Assembly (NCBI GenBank): GCA_963793305.1
Contig: CAWBZV010000005.1
Span: 96,001-160,000, forward strand
Reading direction: 5' to 3'
DNA from: an uncultured Gemmatimonadales bacterium
GTDB taxonomy: Bacteria > Gemmatimonadota > Gemmatimonadetes > Gemmatimonadales > Gemmatimonadaceae
DNA: 64,000 bases
Under the pieces are notes generated by a model. That model did not search any database. It worked only from the letters and a program-made list of their open reading frames with translations, and had not been told where the DNA came from. How positions within the stretch are numbered: the first letter of the stretch is position 1; each line of letters starts with the position of its first letter. Both the position numbers and the translations under genes were made by a program. Below are positions 53,913 through 64,000 of this stretch, piece by piece.

Positions 53913-54580
53913 GGCCCCCGCCGTCTCCCGTCTGGCCATTCGATTGGTCGATCGGGCTCGCCGCATTCGCGGTGATCGGCGTCGCCATCCGCGCGATTTG
54001 GTTCACGCCGATCGAGGCGCGACAAGGGCCCGCGCAAAAAATTTTCTACATTCACCCACCGTCGGCCTTCGTGGGCATATGGATCGGGTTCGGCCTCATG
54101 GCGGTCGCGAGCGGCGTGTACCTCTGGTTGCGCGATGAGCGAGCCGATGCGTTCGCGGAGAGCTCCGGCGAAGTCGGCCTCGCATTTCTCACGGTCGCCC
54201 TCATCACGGGACCGATCTGGGGCAAGACCGTGTGGGGGACGTGGTGGACGTGGGACGCGAGGCTCACGTCGACATTGTTCTTGTGGTTTCTCGTCGCCGG
54301 TTACCTGGTCCTTCGCGGCGCGATCGAGGACCCCGAGCTGCGCGCGCGCTACTCGGCCGTCCTGGCACTGCTCTCCGTGCCGCTCATCGGCTTCATTCAC
54401 TTCAGCGTCTACTTCTTCCGCACGCTGCACCCGATGCCGATCGTCGCCAAGCCCTCGGCCCCATCGCTGCCGCCAGAGATGCTGACGACGTTCGGCCTGG
54501 CGTTGGTCGCGATGCTGCTCCTGTACATCGCGCTCGTGCGCGCCCGGTATCGGTTGGCGTTGACGAGGGCGGGCCTATGA
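53876..54580 (+). CDS. ccmC: Cytochrome c biogenesis protein CcmC; start uncertain
   Basis: IFYIH, GPIWGKTVWGTWWTWDARLT (WWD motif), RTLHP. Confidence 0.92.
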   Translation: MHARFPSHARALGPPPSPVWPFDWSIGLAAFAVIGVAIRAIWFTPIEARQGPAQKIFYIHPPSAFVGIWIGFGLMAVASGVYLWLRDERADAFAESSGEVGLAFLTVALITGPIWGKTVWGTWWTWDARLTSTLFLWFLVAGYLVLRGAIEDPELRARYSAVLALLSVPLIGFIHFSVYFFRTLHPMPIVAKPSAPSLPPEMLTTFGLALVAMLLLYIALVRARYRLALTRAGL

Positions 54581-54687
54581 TCCCCGATAACGCCATCTAC
54601 TTCGAGGTCGCCTACGTGGCCGCCGCGGTCATCTACGGCGCGTACGCTGTGAGCATCTGGTGGCGCGCGCGACGATTCCGGCGGTAA
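54577..54687 (+). CDS. CcmD-like small membrane protein (36 aa)
   Basis: Y...AY TM helix with basic tail; ATGA and TAATG overlaps directly after ccmC. Confidence 0.65.
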   Translation: MIPDNAIYFEVAYVAAAVIYGAYAVSIWWRARRFRR

Positions 54688-56148
54688 TGGTCTATCTCGT
54701 TGGCGCGGGACCAGGCGATCCGAGGTTGATCACCGTCCGAGGCCAGGAGCTTCTGGCGACGTGCAATGTCGTGGTCTACGACGCGCTCGTGAGCCCAGGA
54801 CTCTACGCCACCGCCAAGGACGCCCGTGGCGTCGGCAAGCGCGGTGGCGACGACGCCTCGGCGTCCCAAGCTGATATCAACGCGCTCCTCATAGACCTCG
54901 CGCGGGAGGGAAAAAGCGTCGTTCGCCTCAAAGGCGGCGACCCGTTCGTGTTCGGCCGCGGCAGCGAAGAGGCTCAGGCATTGGCGGCGGCCGGCATCCC
55001 ATTCGAGATCGTCCCCGGTGTCACCGCGGGCGTCGCCGCACCAGCCTACGCCGGAATCCCGGTCACCCATCGAGGGATCGCGACCTCCGTTACGTTCGTC
55101 ACTGGCAGTGAAGATCCGAACGAAACCCGATACGCAGACGGAGTGGTCCGCGCTGGCGCGGGTTGGTGGTACGATCGTGTTGTACATGGGCGTCCGTCAT
55201 CTCCGCGAGATCACGGATCGTCTCATTGCAGGCGGTTTGAGTCCGGACACCCCGGCCGCCGGGATACAATGGGGGACGCTGCCGACACAACGCACGGTCG
55301 TCGCCACGCTGTCGACGCTGGCGGCGGCCGATCTGGCATCACCCCTCATCGTCGTCATCGGTCAGACGGTTGACCTGCGCGAGACGATCGCTTGGTTCGA
55401 TCGCCGACCGCTGTTCGGCCGGCGCATTCTCGTGACGCGTGCGTCTCAACGTGTGGGCTCGCTCTCCGATCGCCTGCGCGACGCCGGCGCCAACGTCGTC
55501 GAGATGCCGTCCACGCGCATTTCCCCTCTCGACGCCGCCGCCCTCCACAACGCGATCCGTCGGTTGCCCAGCTATCAGCACGTGCTCTTCACGAGCCAAA
55601 CCGCCGTGGGATTTTTCTGGGACGCGCTTCGCGCGGTCTCACTCGACGCACGTGCGCTCGCCGGCCTCACGGTGACCGCTATCGGTCCAGCGACTGCCGA
55701 TGCGCTCGTCTCCCACGGTATCGCACCAGACGTCATCCCAGATCGGTTCGTCGCCGAGGGTGTAGTCGACGCACTCCGCGATCGCGTCGATGGCGCGCAC
55801 ATATTGTATCCTGCCGCCGAAGGTGGCCGGGACGTCTTGCCGGATGGTCTGCGAGCCGCGGGTGCGACGGTGGATGTGGTACACGTGTATCGCTCTGAGC
55901 CGATCAAAGGCGCGGTCACTCCGGAAGATCTCGATCTCGTGACCTTCACGTCGGCGTCTACTGTGACGGGCTATGTCGAATCAGTAGGCGATGACCAAGC
56001 CCGCCGGGCTCCCGCGGCGACGATCGGGCCGATCACGAGCGACGCCGCGCGAGCGGCAGGAATCACGGTCGCGATCGAGTCTCCGACCGCGTCGATACCA
56101 GCGCTCGTCGAAGCAATTAAGCAGTACTATGCGAATCGGCACACGTAA
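54687..56148 (+). CDS. cobA: Uroporphyrinogen-III C-methyltransferase / synthase fusion (CobA-HemD); apparent +1 frameshift at ~55119
   Basis: LVGAGPGDP, RLKGGDPFVFGRG, PGVTA; then PLFGRRILVTR, FTSASTV, IGPIT. Confidence 0.88.
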
Positions 56149-56977
56149 GTCCGCGCTGGCGCTGGAGCAAGCGCACCAAGTGCAAGCCGCGCTCGCCGCA
56201 CGCGGCGTCGAGAGCGAGCTCGTGCCCTTCACGACGCTCGGCGATCGGCGTCTCGACGCCTCGTTCCTGGAGATCGGCGCCAAAGGCCTGTTCACGAAGG
56301 AGCTCGAAGTCGCCCTCGCGGAAGGGGCGATCGATTGCGCCGTGCACTCGTTCAAGGACCTGCCCACGGACACGGTGGGCGTGGTCGCGGTGCTCCCCCG
56401 CGCGGATCCACGCGATGTCGTTGTCGGCGTCGCGATCGCCGATCTCCCACCAGGATCTCGCGTGGGAACATTGAGCCTGCGTCGCCGGGCGCAACTCAGG
56501 GCGATCCGTCCGGATCTCGAGCTCGTCGAGTTTCGGGGCAATGTCCCGACCCGACTCCGCAAGGTCGCCGAAGGCCAGGTCCGCTCAGCCATTTTGGCCG
56601 CTGCGGGCCTCATTCGCCTGGGTGCGACCCAGCATATCACGGCTTACCTCGACCCGCCGGACTGGCTGCCGGCCCCAGGGCAGGGTGCCATCGCCATTCA
56701 GGCCCGTGTTGGCGGCGATGCCGCGAAAGTGCTCGCGCCGCTCAACGACCCCGACACCATGCGCGATGTGACCGCCGAGCGGTCGATGCTCGCCGCGCTC
56801 GATGGCGGGTGTCAGGTGCCCATTGGCGGCCTGGTTCTGCGCGGCGTCCTATACGGGCTTATCGCCGACGTTGACGGTGCCCGGGTGGTGCGCGGCTCAG
56901 AGCCCGTCGACCCTGCGAATCCGGCCGCCGCCGGACTGGCGCTCGCCGCTAAATTGAGGGAATGGACGCGTTCCTGA
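56129..56977 (+). CDS. hemC: Hydroxymethylbilane synthase
   Basis: [43 protein letters not shown]. Confidence 0.95.
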   Translation: MRIGTRKSALALEQAHQVQAALAARGVESELVPFTTLGDRRLDASFLEIGAKGLFTKELEVALAEGAIDCAVHSFKDLPTDTVGVVAVLPRADPRDVVVGVAIADLPPGSRVGTLSLRRRAQLRAIRPDLELVEFRGNVPTRLRKVAEGQVRSAILAAAGLIRLGATQHITAYLDPPDWLPAPGQGAIAIQARVGGDAAKVLAPLNDPDTMRDVTAERSMLAALDGGCQVPIGGLVLRGVLYGLIADVDGARVVRGSEPVDPANPAAAGLALAAKLREWTRS

Positions 56978-57972
56978 CTGACCGCGAGACCGCCTCATTG
57001 ACGATCCGGCCGCGCCGGCTGCGTCGCACGGCGTCGCTCCGGCGCCTCGTTCGCGAGACCCGCTTGGACCCCGCGCAGCTGGTCCTGCCGGTCTTCGTAC
57101 GCACCGGCGCCAATGTCCGCATTCCCATCTCCTCGATGCCCGGCGTCGCCCAGACGTCGATCGACGAGATGCTGCGCGACGCGAGCGCGGCGGCCGAATC
57201 GGGCGTTGGCGGTGTGATCCTGTTTGGTATCCCGGACACCAAGGACGACGAGGGCTCAGGCGCATGGGACGAGTACGGCGCCGTGCAGCAGGGTATCCGG
57301 GCGCTCAAGCGCGAGTTTCCCGAGCTCGTCGTGATCGCCGACGTGTGCTTGTGTGAGTACACCTCGCACGGTCACTGCGGGATCCTGCGCGACGGCATCG
57401 TCGACAACGATGCCACGCTGCCGCTGCTCGCCCGTGCGGCGTTGTCGCATGCCCAGGCGGGCGCCGACATCGTCGCTCCGAGCGACATGATGGACGGACG
57501 CGTGGCGGCCATTCGCTTAGGCCTCGATGGCGCGGGTCACTCGGACACCGCGATCCTGAGCTACGCGGCGAAATACGCCTCGGCGTTCTACGGGCCATTC
57601 CGCGAAGCGGCCGAGTCGACGCCAAAGACGGGCGATCGCCGAAGCCATCAGATGGATCCCGCGAACGGCGATGAAGCGTTGCGGGAGGTCGCGCTCGATA
57701 TCGACGAAGGCGCCAATGCCATCCTGGTCAAGCCCGCGGGCCCGTATCTCGACATCGTGCACCGGGTCAAGGAAGCCACCGGGTACCCGGTCGCGGCGTA
57801 TCAGGTGAGTGGTGAGTACGCGATGGTGCAAGCGGCGGCCGAGCGGGGTTGGCTCGATGGCGACCGCGCGATGATGGAATCACTGATCGGCATCCGCCGC
57901 GCGGGCGCCGATTTCATTCTGACGTATTTCGCCACGACTGCCGCGCGTCTCATTCGGCGCGGCTGGGAGTAA
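56962..57972 (+). CDS. hemB: Porphobilinogen synthase (zinc-type)
   Basis: [36 protein letters not shown]. Confidence 0.96.
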   Translation: MDAFLTDRETASLTIRPRRLRRTASLRRLVRETRLDPAQLVLPVFVRTGANVRIPISSMPGVAQTSIDEMLRDASAAAESGVGGVILFGIPDTKDDEGSGAWDEYGAVQQGIRALKREFPELVVIADVCLCEYTSHGHCGILRDGIVDNDATLPLLARAALSHAQAGADIVAPSDMMDGRVAAIRLGLDGAGHSDTAILSYAAKYASAFYGPFREAAESTPKTGDRRSHQMDPANGDEALREVALDIDEGANAILVKPAGPYLDIVHRVKEATGYPVAAYQVSGEYAMVQAAAERGWLDGDRAMMESLIGIRRAGADFILTYFATTAARLIRRGWE

Positions 57973-57973
57973 C

Positions 57974-59014
57974 ATGCGCTATCGCACGTTCCCGGGAACC
58001 AACGTCACGGTGAGCGAGGTCGGGTTCGGCAACTGGACCACTTCGACCGGCTGGTGGGGCGAGATGTCGGATGAGGATGCGATCTCACTGCACCGCAGGG
58101 CACTGGACGATCACGGGATCACGTTCTTCGACACCGCCGATGCCTATGCGAATGGCCGGGGTGAGCGTCAACTCTCCGCGGCCTTCGCCGGTCGCCGCTC
58201 AGAAGTCGTGTACGCGACAAAGATTGGCTATGACATATACGATGCCGAGGCGCGTGTCTCCCGGCGTGGCCAATCAGAGTTGCCGATGCGTACCGACCCG
58301 GCATATCTCCGCCTAGCGGTTGATCGGTGCCTGGAGCGCCTGGAGACCGACTATCTCGATGTGCTGCAGATCCACAACGTAAAGATGGAACACGTGCGCG
58401 ACCCCGAGCTCTGGGCCACCTTGCGCGATCTCAAGCGCGAGGGAAAGATCCGCGTGTGGGGCGCCGCCTTCGGCCCCGCGATCGGTTGGCTCTACGAGGC
58501 AATCGAGCTGTGTGAGCGCGAGCCGGATATCGGGATGATCCAGATGATCTGGAACATCCTCGAGCAACATCCCGGCACCGCGATGATCGACGCCGCGCGC
58601 CGCTCAGCGCCGCACTGTGCCTTCACGATCCGCGTGACGCACGCCTCCGGGATGCTCGAAGGTCACTACACCGAGGACACGGTGTTCGGGGAGAACGACC
58701 ACCGCCGCCATCGCCCACGGTCATGGTTGATCAACGGCCTCCAGAAAATCCGTACGCTGGATTTCCTGACGACCGAGATGACCTTGGGCCAAGCCGCGCT
58801 CAAGTGGCTCCTCGCCGAGCCACTCGTGATGTCGACGCTGCCCAATATCTACGACGCCACGCAGCTCGCCGAGTTCGCGGCCGCCAGCGACGCGCCGGAC
58901 CTGACCAGGGCGCAGCTCCAACGCGTCGCCGAGCTCGCAGCCGCCAACTTCGGCGTCGACGAGCCGCCGATGGCGTACAAGGGCACAATGGAGCGCCCTA
59001 CCGCCGCCGTTTAA
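57974..59014 (+). CDS. Aldo/keto reductase
   Basis: VSEVGFG, FFDTADAY, ATK, LERLETDYLD. Confidence 0.88.
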   Translation: MRYRTFPGTNVTVSEVGFGNWTTSTGWWGEMSDEDAISLHRRALDDHGITFFDTADAYANGRGERQLSAAFAGRRSEVVYATKIGYDIYDAEARVSRRGQSELPMRTDPAYLRLAVDRCLERLETDYLDVLQIHNVKMEHVRDPELWATLRDLKREGKIRVWGAAFGPAIGWLYEAIELCEREPDIGMIQMIWNILEQHPGTAMIDAARRSAPHCAFTIRVTHASGMLEGHYTEDTVFGENDHRRHRPRSWLINGLQKIRTLDFLTTEMTLGQAALKWLLAEPLVMSTLPNIYDATQLAEFAAASDAPDLTRAQLQRVAELAAANFGVDEPPMAYKGTMERPTAAV

Positions 59015-60255
59015 TCGATGCGCCGGAACACGAGCGACGCGTTGATGCCGCCGAAGCCGAACGAATTGGACAGGACGTGCTCGACGCGCTGATCCCGGCC
59101 AACTGTCGGGATGTAATCCAGATCGCACTCCCGGTCGGGCTCTTCGAGATTGATCGTCGGCGGCAGCCACTCGTGGGTGAGACTCAGCGAGCAGATCGCG
59201 GCCTCGATGGCCCCGGACGCCCCCAGCGCGTGTCCGTAGTATCCCTTGGTCCCACTGACCGGCACCTTGTACGCCCACTCGCCGAACACCTGCTTGATCG
59301 CCGACGTCTCGGTCGGATCATTGAGCGGCGTCGAGCTGCCGTGCGCGTTCACGTAGCCGATCTCGCCGGGCTCCAACTCCGCATCGCGGAGCGCGAGCCG
59401 GATCGACCGGGCGGCTTGCGTCCCACTGGGCAGCGGCGCGGTCATATGATACGCGTCGTTCGTCGTCCCGTACCCGACGATCTCGGCGTACATGGGCGCT
59501 CCCCGCGCCACGGCCCGCGTGTGCTCCTCGAGCACGAGGACGACCGCGGCTTCGCCCATCACGAAGCCGTCTCGATCCTTGTCGAAAGGGCGCGAAGCGT
59601 GTCCGGGGTCATCGTTCCGCGTCGACATTGCCCGAATCAAGGCAAACGCGCCGAAACAAAGCGGAGCCAACGGGGTCTCCGACGCGCCGCAGAGCATCGC
59701 GTCGGCATAGCCGTCGCGGATCAACCGGTAGGCGTCACCAATCGCCATGGTGCCGGACGCACAACTCATCGCGTTCGTCGAGTTCGGCCCGGAAATCCCG
59801 AACTCGATCGCGATATTGCAGCTCGACGCACCGCCGTAGACGGCCAATGCCACGATCGGGTCGACGGCCCGGAGGCCGCCCGCCAAAAACCGGGCGGACT
59901 GCTCCTCGGCGAACGCGACGCCACCGAGCGCCGATCCCATGTTCGCGCCGACGCGGTCGCGATCTTCCCGTGAGAGATCGAGCGCGGCGTCCTCCAGCGC
60001 CATCCGCGCCGCGACGACCGAGAACTGCCCAAACCGGTCGAGCCGCTTGGCGCGCTTGGCCTCGATATGATCGCTGGCGACGAAGTCGCAGACTTCGGCG
60101 GCCACTTGGCTGCGGAACTGGGACGCGTCGAACCGCGTGACAGGGCCGACCGCCGATTGCTCGCGGCGGAGTCCTTGCCACAGCCCGTCCCGCGTCAATC
60201 CGATTGGCGTGATCGCGCCGATTCCCGTCACGACGACCCGGCGTCGAAGCGTCAT
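59011..60255 (-). CDS. FabF-like beta-ketoacyl-ACP synthase (ketosynthase paralogue)
   Basis: RVVVTGIG, catalytic MSCASG, NAHGSST, KGYYGHALGASG, SNSFGFGG. Confidence 0.9.
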   Translation of the reverse strand: MTLRRRVVVTGIGAITPIGLTRDGLWQGLRREQSAVGPVTRFDASQFRSQVAAEVCDFVASDHIEAKRAKRLDRFGQFSVVAARMALEDAALDLSREDRDRVGANMGSALGGVAFAEEQSARFLAGGLRAVDPIVALAVYGGASSCNIAIEFGISGPNSTNAMSCASGTMAIGDAYRLIRDGYADAMLCGASETPLAPLCFGAFALIRAMSTRNDDPGHASRPFDKDRDGFVMGEAAVVLVLEEHTRAVARGAPMYAEIVGYGTTNDAYHMTAPLPSGTQAARSIRLALRDAELEPGEIGYVNAHGSSTPLNDPTETSAIKQVFGEWAYKVPVSGTKGYYGHALGASGAIEAAICSLSLTHEWLPPTINLEEPDRECDLDYIPTVGRDQRVEHVLSNSFGFGGINASLVFRRID

Positions 60256-60707
60256 ACGCGTTCTCCCGTCCCTCGTTCAGCCACACCGGCCAGTCCGGCG
60301 AGGGTGCGCGACGCTATGCCATGCACGAAGACCGGCCCGATGACGCCCCGCGCGGCCAGCCCAGAGATGAGCGGCCAGCGTGGCCCGTCCCACTCATGGA
60401 CAATACGCACGTGCGTCCCATCGCGGCGGGGTGCAAAAGACCAGAGCACGTCCATACCGGTCGTTATTCCCTCGATGTGGCGATAGCGGATTTCGACGTC
60501 CCTTTCGGCATTCATCTCGGACACCCACCGCGTTGGCCAGTTCGCGGGACCAAACGGGCGGTTGGCCGACATCTCGACGATGCCGGTCGTCCGGAATCGC
60601 ACGTAGCGGTAATGCGAAAGCAGTGCCGGCCATCGCTCGACATCGGCGGCCAGGGCATAGATCCGATCGAGCGGAGAGCGCACCAGCTGCTCGTCGATGG
60701 TTTTCAT
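60252..60707 (-). CDS. SRPBCC/START polyketide cyclase-aromatase family protein
   Basis: IYALAADVERWP, RWVS, GMDVLWSF; ATGA overlaps on both sides. Confidence 0.8.
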   Translation of the reverse strand: MKTIDEQLVRSPLDRIYALAADVERWPALLSHYRYVRFRTTGIVEMSANRPFGPANWPTRWVSEMNAERDVEIRYRHIEGITTGMDVLWSFAPRRDGTHVRIVHEWDGPRWPLISGLAARGVIGPVFVHGIASRTLAGLAGVAERGTGERV

Positions 60708-61412
60708 GTTGGGGCCCATGCCGCAGCCACCCGAAATCCCAAATACTCGCGGATGCGCGGCTGGGCGCCGGTGGCCGAGCGCACGATGGTGCCGAGCTCG
60801 CCAGGGGTAAACCCGCGCCGGATGGACATAATGCCGTCGTGGCGGCTCACCGGATGAAACCCGAGCACAAACGAGAATAGCCAGAGCCCGGCTACGGCGA
60901 GGTCGGAACGCAACAGGTCGCTGACAATGACCCCAACCCGAGCCACACGGTTGAGCTCCTGAAGCAACGCGACCGCATCGTGATCGAAGAAGTGATGCAG
61001 CACCTGCGAGCAGATCACGACATTGACGCTGTGACTGGCAAAGGGCAGGAAGCGGCCATCTCCGACGACGGCCGCTCTCATGGACGTGCGTGCCGCCGCC
61101 GCGAGCCACTCGGCTGCCTCGAGCCCCACGGTGTCGAGCGTGACGCCCCTCCGCGCGGCCACCTCGCGCGCGCGGCGCGGAATGTCACCCATGCCGGTCC
61201 CGACGTTCGAGCAACGTCGCCCGTTTGGGCAACGATGGCATGATCGACTCCAGCTCGTACATGACCGCTCGCGTGCCGCCCATGAGCGAATTGGCGAGCA
61301 TGACGTTGCGCAGCGAGCGACGCGCGAGCGCCGGATCGACGTCCGGCGCGTCGAGTATCTCGTCCCCGTCGGGACGGATGCGCGGGTCAGCGCTCGATTT
61401 GAGCGTAGCCAC
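60704..61412 (-). CDS. SAM-dependent methyltransferase; apparent +1 frameshift at ~61206; start uncertain
   Basis: EILD.P...N.LMGG, restored LDVGTGMGD, SQVLHHF, SDLLR, HDGIMSIRRGFT. Confidence 0.8.
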
Positions 61413-61863
61413 CGCGGTAGTAGAGCAGGGGGCTGGCGGTTCGAATCTCCGCGTGCTCGACCTCGCCGATGAAGATCGTGTGGTCGCCACCGGGTATCGA
61501 TCGTGATGCCCGGCACTCGAGGTACGCCAGCACATCGTCGAGAATCGGCGCGCCGCACGTGCCGCGCGTAAACCCGACGCCCTCGAACCGGTCGGTCTCC
61601 GGCGCCGCGAACCGGCGCCCCAGCGTTTCCTGGTTGGATGCCAGGATATTGATGACGAAGTGCGAGCACGCGGTCATCGCCGGGTGCAACGAGGCCTCGT
61701 GGTCGATGCAGACCAGCACGAGCGGCGGCGCGAGGCTGAGCGACGCGAACGCGTTCACGGTGAGACCGTGGTCGACGCCCGCGGTGTCGCGAGCCGTGAC
61801 GACGGTGACCCCGGTCGCGAACCGCCCCAGGACACTCCGAAAGTCATCCGGGTCGATGGTCAT
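61387..61863 (-). CDS. Flavin reductase (HpaC/RutF family)
   Basis: FATGVTVVT, SLSLAPPLVLVC, GGDHTIFIG, PLLY. Confidence 0.92.
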   Translation of the reverse strand: MTIDPDDFRSVLGRFATGVTVVTARDTAGVDHGLTVNAFASLSLAPPLVLVCIDHEASLHPAMTACSHFVINILASNQETLGRRFAAPETDRFEGVGFTRGTCGAPILDDVLAYLECRASRSIPGGDHTIFIGEVEHAEIRTASPLLYYRGGYAQIER

Positions 61864-63068
61864 GACGCGAGAAGTCGAAGAAGATAGGACGGCCGCAACA
61901 CTTCCCTCGCCGGTACGAAATCCCCGGTGACCCCCACGAAGAGATCAGCCATATCGCGCCGTCGGGCCAATGTGCGTGCCGCCCGATTCATGACCGCGGG
62001 AGACGCGGTGGCCGCGCCGACGATGCGCTCGACGATCCACTTCCCCATGAACTCGTGGCGCCGGCACCGCTCGTACGCTTCGAGCGCGATTTCGGCCCGC
62101 CGCGTCGTCGTCGCCCGCGCGGCCTCCACGGCATACGGGAGGAGCAGCTCACCTCCTCTGAGCGCCGCATAGATCCCCTCGCCCGTGAACGGGTCAAAGA
62201 AATCCGCCGCGTCGCCAACCAGCGCGGCGCCGGGCGCCCACGCCCGCCGCGCGTGCTGCGCAAACGGACCCGTCGCGCACACATCCGACACGCGCTCGGC
62301 GTCGGCGAATCGCGGCGCCAGATGCGGTCGGCGGGCGATCCACGCCGTCAGAAACCCCGCCGGATCGCCCCGAATGAGGCGCGCGGCTCGCGCCGAGACG
62401 ACCAACGCGACGTTCGTCTCGCCATTCCCGACGTCGGCGAGTCCAACGTATCCGTCGCGCTCCACGTGCATCTCGCCCCAACGGCCAATGCCCGCGATGC
62501 CGCGGTAATGCGTGACGAGCGCGATGCGCCGAGGCCACGCCGCGTAGTGCGTGAGTCCCAGTCGTCGCCCCACAATCGACCGCAGCCCGTCCGCACCGAC
62601 AACGAGTCTCCCGCGCAACACCCTCGTCTCGGTGCGGACGCCGGTCACACGTCCCGTGCCATCGCGCAAGACATCAAGTACGCGTTCGCCTTCGGCGACG
62701 CGTACACCGACGCGTCGCGCACGTTCGAGGACCAACGCGTCGAGGTCGCGCCGGGGCAGGGCAAGGCCACGATCACGGAAACCGTGGAACCCATGGGAGG
62801 CGGCGAACTCGCCGAAAATCTCCGAGCCATTGGGGCTGCGAACGAGCATGCCGGCGAGCTGCGCGGCCCCCGCCGCTTCGACCGCCTCGAGCGCTCCCAT
62901 ATCATGGAGAATGCGCGAAGCCTGCGGACTCAAATACTCGGCGCACACCTTGTCGCGCGGGAATCGCGCCCGGTCGAGCACGAGCACGTCAACGCCCGCA
63001 CGGGCAAGCGCCCATGCGGTCGCCGAACCGGCCGGCCCGCCTCCGACGACGATTACCTCGGCGTCCAT
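61860..63068 (-). CDS. FAD-dependent oxidoreductase (geranylgeranyl reductase / monooxygenase-like)
   Basis: VVGGGPAG, FPRDKVCAE, GADG, LVGDAA..DPFTGEGI. Confidence 0.88.
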   Translation of the reverse strand: MDAEVIVVGGGPAGSATAWALARAGVDVLVLDRARFPRDKVCAEYLSPQASRILHDMGALEAVEAAGAAQLAGMLVRSPNGSEIFGEFAASHGFHGFRDRGLALPRRDLDALVLERARRVGVRVAEGERVLDVLRDGTGRVTGVRTETRVLRGRLVVGADGLRSIVGRRLGLTHYAAWPRRIALVTHYRGIAGIGRWGEMHVERDGYVGLADVGNGETNVALVVSARAARLIRGDPAGFLTAWIARRPHLAPRFADAERVSDVCATGPFAQHARRAWAPGAALVGDAADFFDPFTGEGIYAALRGGELLLPYAVEAARATTTRRAEIALEAYERCRRHEFMGKWIVERIVGAATASPAVMNRAARTLARRRDMADLFVGVTGDFVPAREVLRPSYLLRLLAS

Positions 63069-63132
63069 GCGGCTCCGCCGCAAGTCGATGCGCTTCGCGC
63101 TCGACTAGTCGGTTGGAACGGGTTCGCTTTGC

Positions 63133-63924
63133 TCACCCTGACCCCCAGATACTCGCCACCGCGCCTATCGCCGAGCTGACGGCGTTGACGCCGTCATTCG
63201 TCAGCCACCCCAGTCCGCCTGAGGCGGTCGTGGCGGCGCCGCAGCTATGTACCAGGCGCTCGGTCGCCAGGTTGCATTCTGGACACCGTCGGCGCGCCTG
63301 CAGTGTCGCCCCCAACAGCGAATCCGCCGTCGATCCAACGACGCCACCAATGAACGCGGCGGCTGCCACTCGAGCGGGCCACCCGATCAGCAACGCCATA
63401 CCGGCGAGGAACGCTGCGCCCGCGATCCCGGCGGCGGTTCCATAGGCCGTCACGCCACCCGACGTCCCCGGAGGCACGGGTCTCCACGTGAGAATAGAGC
63501 GAGGAAGAGCCGCGCTCATCGTCCCAATCTCCGTAGCCCACGTATCGGAGGTGGAAGCCGCGAGCGCCCCGGCGCCAATTGCCTGCCAAAGTGTCACCGG
63601 ATGCGCGATGTAAGCCACAGCGGCCAAAGCGAATAGTCCGCCGTTGGCGAGCACTTGGAGGGCGTCCCGCTCACCACCTTTCTCGACAATCGCGCGCGTG
63701 CGGTGCTCTTTGACCCGGCGGCCGAGGCGTGACAGCAGCGTGGAGGCCAAAAAGAACGCTATCAGCAGGGTTCCCCAGTCCCACCCCGCCACGACCGACG
63801 CGGTGCCAACGATCGTCGCACAGATAGCGCCGTCCGTCGACAGCGAGCGCGCTTTGCGCGCGGTGATGGCGATCGCGACGCTCACGACAAGCCCACCGGC
63901 GGCACGGACACCGAGCGCACTCAC
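63133..63924 (-). CDS. DUF92/TMEM19 membrane protein
   Basis: EKGGERDALQVLANG, SDTWATEIG, GTSGGVT..GT, DSLLGATLQ, NDGVN. Confidence 0.88.
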   Translation of the reverse strand: MSALGVRAAGGLVVSVAIAITARKARSLSTDGAICATIVGTASVVAGWDWGTLLIAFFLASTLLSRLGRRVKEHRTRAIVEKGGERDALQVLANGGLFALAAVAYIAHPVTLWQAIGAGALAASTSDTWATEIGTMSAALPRSILTWRPVPPGTSGGVTAYGTAAGIAGAAFLAGMALLIGWPARVAAAAFIGGVVGSTADSLLGATLQARRRCPECNLATERLVHSCGAATTASGGLGWLTNDGVNAVSSAIGAVASIWGSG

Positions 63925-64000
63925 AACCCAAGTATAACGGCGGTCGTCAATTGCGCGCGCTCTCACGCGCCTTTAGCTTCGCTCCATTGGTATGCCAGAT

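Overview
Gene-dense, high-GC bacterial chromosomal segment with about 65 CDS and very short or overlapping intergenic spacing. Gene content and synteny resemble Gemmatimonadota; this is inference only. It is mostly core genes: tamA/tamB-like, acpS, lgt-tsaD-tlpA-rpe-PASTA-rsmB-thiG-thiS-thiE-fmt-def-yajC-tgt-queA-ruvB, an envelope block (lpxL-like, two GT4, msbA-like, PorX-like REC-PglZ), yebC-ruvC-ruvA, a Phd/VapC toxin-antitoxin pair, tyrS, dsbA-VKOR, acs and ccmABCD-cobA/hemD-hemC-hemB. I saw no rRNA, tRNA, CRISPR array, transposase or integrase. The best candidate for an undescribed system is the minus-strand cluster at 59011-63924 (DUF92, FAD oxidoreductase, flavin reductase, methyltransferase, SRPBCC cyclase, FabF-like ketosynthase). 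Other notable signals: eight apparent +1 frameshifts all in one sequence context (CRTTCK, probably a systematic sequencing error); eleven TAnnnT boxes 6-8 nt before start codons (leaderless promoters); several degenerate paralogues (NtrC without GAFTGA, HtpX without HExxH, N-terminally truncated DnaB); and translationally coupled mini-ORFs missed by the ORF track. All calls come from motif recognition by eye, with no database searches.
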